Virus record (IMG/VR): IMGVR_UViG_3300023199_000106
Span: 1 to 58,731 of that record
Source of the DNA: a virus
Taxonomy: Duplodnaviria; Caudoviricetes
Direction: 5' to 3' (one strand)
Length of the DNA stretch: 58,731 nucleotides
Below the pieces are notes generated by a model that was given only the letters and a program-made list of their open reading frames with translations, did not search any database and had not been told where the DNA came from. Positions 7,381 to 16,902 of the stretch are shown in pieces. The translations under genes and the position numbers were made by a program. The first letter of the stretch is position 1. The number at the start of each line of letters is the position of its first letter.

Positions 7381-9884
7381 TCCGATCAGCTATCAGATCT
7401 GCCTTAAGACCCGCTCTGCGTTCAGCCTTCGGAACGTATGAAGTATCTACCTTGCGTGAACGTTTGATTGCGTCTTTATTTAAGACTCATGAAGGAGCGA
7501 TGTTTGACGTATCTGTCGAGGGAACTCGGTTTACAAAATCTGCTGGGGATGTGGAGGCTGTGTCGGATGGAGATAATTTAAGGCTACTCCTTGACATCAG
7601 TCAAAATCTGAACCTGTCAGAACATTCTATCTGGTCTGACCCTCCGAATTTTGTAGGGGGTTCCTGGGCGGATAATGGTGATAACTCATATACCTATAAC
7701 GGAGTGGACTCCGGGTCTGATACCCTACTCTACCAAAGCGGCCACCTTGAAGATAAATTATTTCGAATTGGGTTTACAGCATCTGGGGTTACGTCAGGGA
7801 GTGGCTTGGTTCGAGCTTTCGGTAACGTTAATTCAACGTGGGATAGTAACGGTGAGCAGGAACGGTACCTTATTATAGGTAATGGGAATCTTGGGTTTTC
7901 TGGGATCTCACTGAACTCTGGTACAACCGTAGCAGATGTATCCACGCAACAAGTGCTGGGGGCGCATGCGCAGATTTCTCCGACTGGTATTTATAAAACA
8001 GATGGGGGAGTGCATTATCTACAGTCCTCAGGTACTGCTCAACTTACTGTTGGGTTTGTTTCGTCTCTTGGTTCAAATTCCACAGTGAGCTATGTTACCG
8101 CAGATGGGATTACTCACCTCACTGGCCAGACTGTTGGTGCCAACTATACTCCTCCTATCGAAGATTATCATGTCCTGATTATCTACGATGACGTGTATAC
8201 GGCGGAGCAGCTTGCGTTGGTTGAAGAGTATTTGACTGCTGCTGTTCAGGTTCAGCATCCGATGGCGGCGAGCATACCTGCAGGTTATTTCGACACAAAT
8301 ACAGACTCCGGGGCTGAAAGAGTTATTCAATGGAAAGGAGCGGATACAAAGCCATTCATCATCCATGTGGATACAGAAGCGACGTCATCTACCGCTACTG
8401 TTTCAGATAGTGACCAGTTCATTCTCTGCACCATTGGCACCGGATTTTCATTTGATGTTGACTGGGGGGATGGCAGTGGGGTTGAGTCCTTAACTGAGTC
8501 AGATTTTACAACTTTCAACGGCAGTGACACGGGGTTCGGACATACGTACGCTGCTCCAGGAGAGTACACGATTGCAATTACAGGGGAGTTCCCCCGCATG
8601 CGCGGTGGGGAGAACACAGATCATGGTAAGATCATTGAAATCAGGGACTGGGGGAGCCACGAGTGGGACGAAATGTGGCTTACCCTCTCAAACACTTATC
8701 GTCTGGAGCTCACTGAACGTGCAGTGATTATCCCACCGATTACTCCGAGTGTGACAAGGTGGCATCGGTTTACACAGCAGTGCGCAGCTCCGCGGCATCC
8801 TCCATACGACGTATCGAGCGCCACTATGCTGGACCGTATGTTTTATCTGGCTGATCTGGAGACTGCCCCACGGTTGCGCACCGGCGCATGTGTGAACTTC
8901 CACAATTTTTTTCGAGGGTGCGAATTTCTGGAAGGTCCGATCCCTACGTATGATATTTCCAGCGCTGAGGATCTATACCGGTTTTTCCGCGGGTGCTTCC
9001 TGCTTACTTCTGATGATATTCCCTCTTGGGCGACAGGGCATGTCCGCGGCATGCACATGATCGTTGCGGATTGCCCGCTAATAACCCGCGTGCCCAGCAC
9101 CTGGGCATTTGATTCCATCGGAGAAGAGTTCACACCTGAATATACAACCCATGCGGAACAAAACAACGCAGTAGGGATGTTTGCCAGTTATACTGGTGAT
9201 CTCGGTGTTTCTGGGAGTGACGCGGCTTGTAGTGTAGCGGATGTCAGTGAGCTAAACTTTTCCCCCCTGGAGAATATCAGATCCTTGTTTTACCGTAACG
9301 CTGGAGCTACAGATATATCTAATATTGAGTTTACTTCAGCCACAATAGCGGATCAGATATTTTATGGTTCTGTACTTGAAACAGTTGACGGGCTTTCTTT
9401 CCCGGCTTTGACTTCTGCATTTAGTATGTTCGAAGGCTGCGTAGATCTTGTATCCGCCACCGGGTTGGAATTCCCGGTGGTTACAATTGCTAGTCGGCTA
9501 TTTGCCAATTGTACGGCCTTGACGACGCTAGAGATCACGATCCCGCTCGCCACTTCGATTTCAGGCATGATTGATGGCTGTCCATTATTGTCAAACGTGC
9601 TGCTCCACGGGTGTCGAACTACTTTCCATTTGACGGACCGGCAAATGTCTCGCAGCAGTATAATGGCCTTAATAGATAGTGTTGCTGATGTTACCCCTTC
9701 ATTAAGGTCAATGTATTTGGGAGGTAATCCTGGGTACGCAGACCTTACTTCCGAAGACATAAATGCTGCGCTTGACAAAGGATGGGTGGTTTCTGAATAC
9801 TATGCTCCTGAAGTAGCAGATTTAGGAATTGAAGATTTTCTCCCATACATTAACCAATCAACTCTTGTGAATTTTCCTCCATGA
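7377..9884 (+). CDS. putative receptor-binding/adhesin protein with PKD-like domain and BspA/DUF285-like leucine-rich repeats
   Basis: FDVDWGDGS...HTYAAPGEYTIAITG (PKD-like); repeated MF/FF.GC..L and D.SS motifs. Confidence 0.65.
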   Translation: MIRSAIRSALRPALRSAFGTYEVSTLRERLIASLFKTHEGAMFDVSVEGTRFTKSAGDVEAVSDGDNLRLLLDISQNLNLSEHSIWSDPPNFVGGSWADNGDNSYTYNGVDSGSDTLLYQSGHLEDKLFRIGFTASGVTSGSGLVRAFGNVNSTWDSNGEQERYLIIGNGNLGFSGISLNSGTTVADVSTQQVLGAHAQISPTGIYKTDGGVHYLQSSGTAQLTVGFVSSLGSNSTVSYVTADGITHLTGQTVGANYTPPIEDYHVLIIYDDVYTAEQLALVEEYLTAAVQVQHPMAASIPAGYFDTNTDSGAERVIQWKGADTKPFIIHVDTEATSSTATVSDSDQFILCTIGTGFSFDVDWGDGSGVESLTESDFTTFNGSDTGFGHTYAAPGEYTIAITGEFPRMRGGENTDHGKIIEIRDWGSHEWDEMWLTLSNTYRLELTERAVIIPPITPSVTRWHRFTQQCAAPRHPPYDVSSATMLDRMFYLADLETAPRLRTGACVNFHNFFRGCEFLEGPIPTYDISSAEDLYRFFRGCFLLTSDDIPSWATGHVRGMHMIVADCPLITRVPSTWAFDSIGEEFTPEYTTHAEQNNAVGMFASYTGDLGVSGSDAACSVADVSELNFSPLENIRSLFYRNAGATDISNIEFTSATIADQIFYGSVLETVDGLSFPALTSAFSMFEGCVDLVSATGLEFPVVTIASRLFANCTALTTLEITIPLATSISGMIDGCPLLSNVLLHGCRTTFHLTDRQMSRSSIMALIDSVADVTPSLRSMYLGGNPGYADLTSEDINAALDKGWVVSEYYAPEVADLGIEDFLPYINQSTLVNFPP

Positions 9885-10810
9885 TTACTGCAGTTGAGAC
9901 TGTATATTTAGGTGGGGCCCCTTCAGGGGAGATTACTCCAGGATACCTGGTAAAAACTACTGATGATGGGTTGACGTGGGCGACAGTTAAGGATGATTTT
10001 TCGCACCGCGTGGTTGGAATAGCGGTCACAAGTTCAGCACTGATAGTCAAAACTATCCTCGGTTCGAATGGGTATTTTTCTTCCTCTGATGGCGGAGCTA
10101 CCTGGACTTCAGGATATGATGCAGGGGACATTACAACGCACGATAACTTGGAGGCTATTGGGGATGATATTTACGCTTCAGGATTTAATGCCTCCTCTGT
10201 ATTTAAAATGTACCACTCAGATGACGATGGGGCCTCATGGGCGGCCTATTCGGTTCCTTCCGGATATAATGAATGGTTCTGGTTGAGTCCTTTAGGATTG
10301 ACTTTCGGACATTCGACGCTTGCTCAGATTACGTATAAAGAGGATGAAGGGGCTTCATATTTAACGCTGGCAATGCCTATTGTTGGGGAGTACTCAGGTA
10401 CAATAGCCCGTCTGATCGATGGCCGGTTGGTAGTTTCCCCTGTTTTGTATTCACCTTCTGGGGTAGCTAGTGCTAAAGTGTACGTTTCGAACCACGACTG
10501 GGAAGCTTCAGGCGTAGAATGGACAGAGCTGACTACGCTGGCAACGTCGGTTAATTCCGATCCAGGAACCTATGGTGTACGCCGCCTCTGGCACAAAAAC
10601 GGAGTTTTGTGTGCCGAAATAATTGAATGGAAAACGGGGTTTGGTACTGCATACAGCTACTATGTATCAACTGACTCTGGTGCTACTTGGACTGATATGG
10701 TACGATCTACGTTAGCCCAAACCGTGTATTTAGGGGGTAACGAGCTGATGTGGAGCGACGTAATGGATGGCAACGGCGTCTTATCTGTGATAGCATACGA
10801 CTCAATTTAG
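9881..10810 (+). CDS. BNR/Asp-box repeat (beta-propeller, sialidase-like) protein
   Basis: TTDDGLTW, SSDGGATW, SDDDGASW, STDSGATW. Confidence 0.75.
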   Translation: MITAVETVYLGGAPSGEITPGYLVKTTDDGLTWATVKDDFSHRVVGIAVTSSALIVKTILGSNGYFSSSDGGATWTSGYDAGDITTHDNLEAIGDDIYASGFNASSVFKMYHSDDDGASWAAYSVPSGYNEWFWLSPLGLTFGHSTLAQITYKEDEGASYLTLAMPIVGEYSGTIARLIDGRLVVSPVLYSPSGVASAKVYVSNHDWEASGVEWTELTTLATSVNSDPGTYGVRRLWHKNGVLCAEIIEWKTGFGTAYSYYVSTDSGATWTDMVRSTLAQTVYLGGNELMWSDVMDGNGVLSVIAYDSI

Positions 10811-10821
10811 GAGGATACAGT

Positions 10822-11007
10822 ATGGTCGATCTGAGAGATCTAATTCGAGACGTGGCTATTGAAGAAAGTGGCCAGCGCAGCGCTGGTGGCACTGCTCAGG
10901 TAGGCGAGATCATTGGCATACTCGGCCGCAGATGGCGCGGAGTACCGCTGTGGCAAGCAATGAAAGAGTTTTTGGCTATTCGTACTCGAGCGGGGAAAGT
11001 AGAATGA
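10822..11007 (+). CDS. small hypothetical protein
   Basis: AGGAGG RBS, start MVDLRD; stop overlaps next start. Confidence 0.7.
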   Translation: MVDLRDLIRDVAIEESGQRSAGGTAQVGEIIGILGRRWRGVPLWQAMKEFLAIRTRAGKVE

Positions 11008-11750
11008 CTACATTATTCAAAGTAATCATATTGTCAATTGCCTTGGCCGGTTGCGCCACGGGCAAAATCAACGAGCAGTCAATGCAGGCGCATGATATGC
11101 AGCTGCGGGCGATCCATCAGCAGGCGGAGTCCTACCAATCCACGATAGCTGAGACTGCTGCGGGCTGCCGTGATGACATGTGTCGTGTGGCCGTGATGCT
11201 GGCCGGCGCGCTCGGCCGGCCTGAGATGCGGATTTCTGCCCCTCAGCTACGCTCCCCTGGCGAAGAGTTCGCGCGTGCATTTTCACCGATCGCAAACCTA
11301 GCTAGCGCAGGTCTTCAGGTGTGGGGTGCGGGCTGGCTGGTCGAGCGCAGTGGTGAGCAGATGGTCAATCTAGCCGGTTCTATTGGTGGCATTGTCGGAC
11401 AAGTACAGGGTACTGTAGATAATAGCGTAACGGTCGGTGGGAATCTCGGTGATACGGACCAGTCGACGACTGTCGGCGGGAATTTTGGCGCCACAGATCA
11501 GTCGGTGGCGGTAGCGGGAAATCAAGGTGATACGGACCAATCTGTCGGCGGCAACCAAGGTGATACGCGTGGTGACGTGGTGGGTCGCGATCAGATAGGC
11601 TCCGTCGAGAACGGCTGTATCGGGCCTGATTGCCGAGCCGTCAGCCCTGGTCCGATTGACCAGTCAGATAACTCAGATAACTCCGACAATTCAGATAATT
11701 CAGATAATTCTGACAATTCAAACAGCTCTGTAGGTGACGACGATGGGTAA
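11004..11750 (+). CDS. lipoprotein with G/N/D/S-rich repeats
   Basis: signal peptide with lipobox LAGC from ATG 11004; VGGNxGDTDQS repeats and (SDN)6. Confidence 0.8.
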   Translation: MTTLFKVIILSIALAGCATGKINEQSMQAHDMQLRAIHQQAESYQSTIAETAAGCRDDMCRVAVMLAGALGRPEMRISAPQLRSPGEEFARAFSPIANLASAGLQVWGAGWLVERSGEQMVNLAGSIGGIVGQVQGTVDNSVTVGGNLGDTDQSTTVGGNFGATDQSVAVAGNQGDTDQSVGGNQGDTRGDVVGRDQIGSVENGCIGPDCRAVSPGPIDQSDNSDNSDNSDNSDNSDNSNSSVGDDDG

Positions 11751-11901
11751 TTTTGTACTGATTTATCTGGCTGGTGTGCTGGTGGCGTCCGTAGTGCTCT
11801 TTATGCGCCACGATCATTATGAGGTACTGGATGCGCTGTGGCAGGCGTTGCGCTGGCCGTGGCATCTCGCTCTCTGGGTATATGAGCGAGTGCGACGATG
11901 A
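11743..11901 (+). CDS. small membrane protein (52 aa)
   Basis: MGNFVLIYLAGVLVASVVLF...; overlaps both neighbours; too short for the ORF track. Confidence 0.6.
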   Translation: MGNFVLIYLAGVLVASVVLFMRHDHYEVLDALWQALRWPWHLALWVYERVRR

Positions 11902-12173
11902 TGCGCGCTGCGCCGTGGTGGTGTGGAGTCGTTGTTGTTTTGTGCGCCATGCTGTGGGTAGGCGCGCTCTCGGAGGGGTATGTCATGCGTATGCTCGGAG
12001 CCGCGCTGAAGTGCTGCGCTGGTCTGTCGATCGGATATTATGCACATCGCCATCTAGTGATGCAAGGTGAGCGGATACAACGCTGGGACGAGGGCGCGTC
12101 GGCCATGTCGATGAGAACTGCTAGGGCTGTGCTGATGAGCGCCTGCGCGATTGCGGTCGCGATAGCCGTATGA
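11898..12173 (+). CDS. putative holin
   Basis: 91 aa, 3 hydrophobic segments, directly upstream of the endolysin. Confidence 0.6.
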   Translation: MMRAAPWWCGVVVVLCAMLWVGALSEGYVMRMLGAALKCCAGLSIGYYAHRHLVMQGERIQRWDEGASAMSMRTARAVLMSACAIAVAIAV

Positions 12174-12793
12174 GGACGGTCGCGCTCATGACACTGCTCG
12201 CATGTGCGGCTGTATCAGCACAGGTACCAGAGCGAGCGTATCAATATCAGCGCATGGCGCTCCAGGAGTGGCACACCACATTCGGCCCTGGTGCGCCGAC
12301 AGGTACGCTCGCTGCACAGATCCACCAGGAGTCTGGATGGCGCAGTGATGCGCAGAGCCGGTACGCACTTGGGCTCGCACAATTCACCGCCGACACTGCG
12401 TCAGATATGGCGCGATTGCATCGCAGCCTAAGACCGGCTGACCCCGGTGATCCGCGTTGGGCACTGCGGGCACAGGCGCAGTACATGCGTGCGCTGGTGT
12501 CACGATACGACGATAGTGGAGAGTCTTGGCTCATGGCTCTGGCCGGCTACAATTCAGGGCCTGGATGGACCGATCGCAGCCGTAGAGTATGCGCGTCTAT
12601 GTCGTGTTGGTGCGACCCACGACGGTGGGCGGGAAACGTTGAGCACGCTGTGCATAGGCGCCATGCGGCGGCTGCTGTGCGCGAGAATCGTCATTACGTG
12701 AGCCAAATTATCCGTACTCACTCGCCGCTATATGCTGAGGCTGGCTGGGGGGCTGTCGTCGATGTTCCGCTGAATTGGAGCGTGCAGCGATGA
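12170..12793 (+). CDS. endolysin, SLT-family lytic transglycosylase with N-terminal signal
   Basis: AQIHQESGW (catalytic E), GLAQF, ALAGYNSG, ENRHYV. Confidence 0.9.
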   Translation: MRTVALMTLLACAAVSAQVPERAYQYQRMALQEWHTTFGPGAPTGTLAAQIHQESGWRSDAQSRYALGLAQFTADTASDMARLHRSLRPADPGDPRWALRAQAQYMRALVSRYDDSGESWLMALAGYNSGPGWTDRSRRVCASMSCWCDPRRWAGNVEHAVHRRHAAAAVRENRHYVSQIIRTHSPLYAEAGWGAVVDVPLNWSVQR

Positions 12794-13167
12794 GTCTTGG
12801 AAAAGTATACGAGGTCATATTGTCGGGCATCAGTCCAGAGGTCAGGCGAGAGCTGATGCTGTTGTTGTTGGTTGCAGCGTTCACCTTGCATGTTGCCTGG
12901 GCGTGTGGCTATTTACCCAGGCTACCTGGATTTGCGCTGGCTGCTGATGTCCAGGAGTTAATGAGCGCGGTAGGCAGGATTGAGGATAGCCTTATCACCG
13001 ACAGGATCGATAGGCTGGAGAGTGAGATTAGGAATCTGCACATGCTGCGCTGCTATGCGTCGGATTCCACGCGTCAGTTATACGCTCAGATGCTGGACGC
13101 AAAATTGGTGCGGTATAGGCGGCTGACGCAGAATCAGCTGACCCTGCCGCCGTGCGCAGACCTGTGA
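12790..13167 (+). CDS. membrane protein in lysis cassette
   Basis: ATGA-coupled start MSLGK; one TM segment plus coiled coil. Confidence 0.65.
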   Translation: MSLGKVYEVILSGISPEVRRELMLLLLVAAFTLHVAWACGYLPRLPGFALAADVQELMSAVGRIEDSLITDRIDRLESEIRNLHMLRCYASDSTRQLYAQMLDAKLVRYRRLTQNQLTLPPCADL

Positions 13168-13670
13168 AGGCGCTGCTCGCGAAAGCCGGCCGACTGACGC
13201 TCACTGGGCGCGCGGCGTGGCTGTGTATCGGGATAATGGCGACGGCCATTGGTTGGGCTGGGTGGACGCAATGGAGGATCGGCTCGCTACACGAGCGAGT
13301 CGGAGAGCAACGCTCGTCGGTGCGTGCGATGCAGCAGGTAGCTGGCGTGAATCAGGCTGCGTTCGAGGCCTGCCGATCGCGGCTGATCGCAGAGATCGAG
13401 GGGCGAGTAATGGACCGAGCCGCTCAAGAGGCTGCTAGCGCAGAATGGGAGCGCCGAATCCAGGCTGCACGTGCTGAGTCTGCACGCGCCAGAGTACAGA
13501 GGCAGGTGATATATGACGAGAATAACTGCGACAGTGATCGGCCTGTCTGCTCTGATCTGGCTGACGGGCTGCGTGCCAGAGCCGGTGGTGAGAGTACAGA
13601 CACTAGAGATTCCGGTACCGGTGATGCAGCCGATACCGATGAGGCGGATAGAGCCGATCCCCCGTCCTAA
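13152..13670 (+). CDS. Rz: Rz-like inner-membrane spanin
   Basis: N-terminal TM, coiled coil, overlapped by a lipoprotein ORF. Confidence 0.65.
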   Translation: MRRPVKALLAKAGRLTLTGRAAWLCIGIMATAIGWAGWTQWRIGSLHERVGEQRSSVRAMQQVAGVNQAAFEACRSRLIAEIEGRVMDRAAQEAASAEWERRIQAARAESARARVQRQVIYDENNCDSDRPVCSDLADGLRARAGGESTDTRDSGTGDAADTDEADRADPPS

Positions 13671-13794
13671 GTTACGGGCTGGGGAAATCACGTTGCGCGA
13701 TCTAGTCGAGCATGCGCACGATCTGCACGACGCACTTGACCTATGCGACGCGGATCGCGCTTGGCTAGAAGGCAGGCAGAAAGGTAGTCAATGA
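13513..13794 (+). CDS. Rz1: Rz1-like outer-membrane spanin
   Basis: lipobox LTGC, Pro-rich, overlaps the Rz-like gene in another frame. Confidence 0.75.
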   Translation: MTRITATVIGLSALIWLTGCVPEPVVRVQTLEIPVPVMQPIPMRRIEPIPRPKLRAGEITLRDLVEHAHDLHDALDLCDADRAWLEGRQKGSQ

Positions 13795-14282
13795 GAAGCA
13801 ACGTTACTTTATTGGCAGACCACGCTGATGCTCGGGCGCGTCGTCTAAACGCTATTGAGGCTATCGCTGTACGTGGCATGCGGACAAAAGAGGCAGCGGC
13901 ATTTGCTGGTATAGAACCTGCAACGCTGCGAAATTTGCTGAATGATGAGCGGGTTCAAAGCTACATCAAGCAGATGCAGGCTGCGCATGCCGAAGCCCTC
14001 AACGTGCGTCGTGGGGATGTCATTCGAGGCATGTTGGATGCCATTGACCATGCCAAGCTGGTCAATGATCCAAGCACCGAGATCCGTGGGTGGGAGGCCA
14101 TTGCCAAGCTCCAGGGGTACAATGCACCTGAAAAACACCTACACGATTTGCCTGATGATACGAAGCGGCTTCTTGAAGCTATGCAGAACATGAACGACGC
14201 TGACGTTGCCAAGCTGGCCAATATGGACGATTTGATTGACCTGATACCTGGCAAAGACTTTAAGGTAGTCAGCAGTGAATAG
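13791..14282 (+). CDS. terS: terminase small subunit
   Basis: HTH-like EAAAFAGI; GWEAIAKLQGY; directly upstream of TerL. Confidence 0.75.
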   Translation: MRSNVTLLADHADARARRLNAIEAIAVRGMRTKEAAAFAGIEPATLRNLLNDERVQSYIKQMQAAHAEALNVRRGDVIRGMLDAIDHAKLVNDPSTEIRGWEAIAKLQGYNAPEKHLHDLPDDTKRLLEAMQNMNDADVAKLANMDDLIDLIPGKDFKVVSSE

Positions 14283-16902
14283 GCAGATAGCAGCACAACG
14301 AGAGATGGCGCTGCGCCATCTGGCGAAGAAGCGCATCCTGCCGTTTGCCCGTCGATTCTACCCGGACTATTTGGCTGGGTGGGCACACAAAGTCATTGCA
14401 GCGAACCTCGAGCGCTTTTTGCGGGAGACACTTACCAAGCGGTCTCCTCGGCTTATGATATTTATGCCTCCTCAGACGGGGAAAAATTTAGCCCACGACA
14501 CTCCGGTTTTAACTGCAAATCGAGGATGGACAACGCATGGTGAATTGCGAGTAGGGGACGATGTGTTCCATCCGTCGGGGCGTCCAGTTAGAGTCTTAGC
14601 GTTGTCTGAGGATGCCCCGGCGGAATACGAAGTAACTTTCTCAGATGGAGAGATTATTACTGCACACGCTCGCCACGAATGGCGGGTGTATGACCGCAAG
14701 AAAAATGGGTATCCAGAAGTCGTTATCGAAACCCAAGACATGTTTGCGGATTACTGGATCGGATCAAAAGGCAAGCGAGGTGGTCGGGCACGCTGGCAGC
14801 TACCTGAACACGCTGCTCTCTCGTTCCAGGAACAAGAACTTCCTATATCTCCCTACGTTCTTGGTGTATGGCTTGGAGATGGTACGTATACAGCAGCTAA
14901 TATTACAAATTCTGAGGAGGACGCCGTAGTTTTCCAGCAAGCGTTCGAGAGACTTGGATATTCTCATTCTGGAGTCAACACCCACAAACAATATGGCACT
15001 CACAGAACAAACTTGGGTCACACCGGACTGTACTCTCAGCTCCGCCAAGAAAACTTGCTCGGAAACAAGCACGTCCCAGAGGCATATATTCGCGCTTCTA
15101 CGGAGCAGCGCTTAGAGTTGTTGGCAGGAATAATAGACTCTGATGGACACGTAGATCCGAAAGGAAGAGTCATTATCACAACAACGTCCGAGCAGATTAA
15201 AAACGGAGTTCTGGACTTGGCAACGACGTTAGGACAACGGCCAACATGCCGCAGTGAATCTCCTTCTCTCTCTACCAGCGGGATTCAAGGCACTAAAGAG
15301 CTGTTTATTATCGCGTTTCAACCTACTGTTGAAATTCCTACTCGGTTGCCCAGAAAGCGCATACATCGGACTCTCGATTCCCGACGACGCAGATCTATTC
15401 GCGGTGTTCGCAAAATAGCCCCGAAACCTGGCCGCTGCATTCGAGTGGATTCGCCAGATGGCATGTACTTGGTTGGGAAATCTTTAATTCCCACTCATAA
15501 CTCTATGTTGGTTTCGGACATATTCCCCAGTTGGGCGCTCGGTCTAGCGCCGCACCTTCGTTTTATTCTGACTTCCTACAGTGTTTCTCTTCCGATTCGA
15601 TTTTCTCGGTACAACAGAGAGCGCGTTAAGTCTGAGCCGTACCGCACGTTGTTTCCAGGCACGTCTATCCATCCTGAGATTATGAGTGCTGAGCACTGGG
15701 AGACAACGGAGCGCGGCGGATTCCGGGCCGTCGGTGTCGGTGGTTCGATTACAGGGCACGGTGCTGAGATAATCTTAGTCGACGACCCGTTCAAGGATTA
15801 CGAAGAGGCGCACTCTGAAACAATACGGGAAATGGTCCACAACTGGTATCCGACGACGCTCCGCACTCGTTTGCAGCCGGGCGGCGGGATAATCAACGTA
15901 AACACCCGCTGGCATGACGACGACCTTTCTGGTTGGCTACTGCGCCAAGACAAGGAGAATCGTGAAGAAGGGAAGCCAGAGTCGCAGCTTGAAAATTGGA
16001 GGGTGCTGAGTCTCCCTGCGCTGGCTACCCAGAATGAGTTCGTGGATCGCGATTTCATTATGCACTACGAGCCGGCACCCGACCGGGTACTTGTTCGAGA
16101 AACTGGACAACCGCTGCACGAAGAGCGCCACGATGCGGAAGAATGGCTTTGCCGAAAAGCAGGGGCTACTAAGCAGCAGTGGTCATCTTTGTATCAGCAG
16201 AATCCAGTCCCCGACACTGGTGATTTTTTTACGCGGGCAGATTTCCAGTTTTACACTTCAGTTCCTGAGCTTCACCATTACCCAGTGTATTTTGCATGGG
16301 ATTTGGCGGTTGGCGAGAGGAAGAACAATGACTATACTGTAGGGATGGCTGGTGTAGTGATACCACGCGACGGGCTGAACTGCTTATACCTCCTGGATAT
16401 GTTCCGCGGCCGTGTGCGGGATTTGGAGCTGTACGAAGCGGTCGTTAATATGTACTTGAAATATCGACGGAATGCCGCTAGAATTGGTATGGAGTATGGG
16501 CAGCTATTTTTATCTGTAGAGCGCCCAATTCTCGAAGCATTTCGAAAATATGGTGCTACTCCGGGGTGGGACCGCTCGCTCAAACCTGTATCGGATAAGC
16601 GGGTTCGTGCGACACCTGCTCGGTCGTGGATGCAGCACCACCGGGTGTATTTTCCTAAAGATGCGCCGTGGACTGAAGTAGCTATGAATGAGATGCTGCG
16701 GTTCGACGCAGGAGTACATGACGACATTGTAGACGCTCTGGCTTGGCTAGTACGGATGGTCCACAGTATGCCAACGGTTAAAGCATTCGGAGAAAATAAG
16801 AAAATTGACGCCTGGGGATTTAAGCCATTGGAAGCTCAGATTCGTGATTACGCCCGCAGCTCCAGGCTCGGGGGCTCACCTACAGGATACATGGCGTCAT
16901 GA
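14275..16902 (+). CDS. terL: terminase large subunit with intein (about 536 aa after splicing)
   Basis: Walker A MPPQTGK|S, GGSITGHG, ILVDDP, TRWHDDD, LYQQNP, WDLA, HDDIVDA. Confidence 0.95.
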   Translation: MNRQIAAQREMALRHLAKKRILPFARRFYPDYLAGWAHKVIAANLERFLRETLTKRSPRLMIFMPPQTGKNLAHDTPVLTANRGWTTHGELRVGDDVFHPSGRPVRVLALSEDAPAEYEVTFSDGEIITAHARHEWRVYDRKKNGYPEVVIETQDMFADYWIGSKGKRGGRARWQLPEHAALSFQEQELPISPYVLGVWLGDGTYTAANITNSEEDAVVFQQAFERLGYSHSGVNTHKQYGTHRTNLGHTGLYSQLRQENLLGNKHVPEAYIRASTEQRLELLAGIIDSDGHVDPKGRVIITTTSEQIKNGVLDLATTLGQRPTCRSESPSLSTSGIQGTKELFIIAFQPTVEIPTRLPRKRIHRTLDSRRRRSIRGVRKIAPKPGRCIRVDSPDGMYLVGKSLIPTHNSMLVSDIFPSWALGLAPHLRFILTSYSVSLPIRFSRYNRERVKSEPYRTLFPGTSIHPEIMSAEHWETTERGGFRAVGVGGSITGHGAEIILVDDPFKDYEEAHSETIREMVHNWYPTTLRTRLQPGGGIINVNTRWHDDDLSGWLLRQDKENREEGKPESQLENWRVLSLPALATQNEFVDRDFIMHYEPAPDRVLVRETGQPLHEERHDAEEWLCRKAGATKQQWSSLYQQNPVPDTGDFFTRADFQFYTSVPELHHYPVYFAWDLAVGERKNNDYTVGMAGVVIPRDGLNCLYLLDMFRGRVRDLELYEAVVNMYLKYRRNAARIGMEYGQLFLSVERPILEAFRKYGATPGWDRSLKPVSDKRVRATPARSWMQHHRVYFPKDAPWTEVAMNEMLRFDAGVHDDIVDALAWLVRMVHSMPTVKAFGENKKIDAWGFKPLEAQIRDYARSSRLGGSPTGYMAS
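14485..15501 (+). mobile_element. class 3 intein with LAGLIDADG homing endonuclease (339 aa)
   Basis: starts NLAHDTPV, ends THN|S; HEW, RCIRV, PTHN (WCT triplet); LLAGIIDSDG. Confidence 0.9.
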
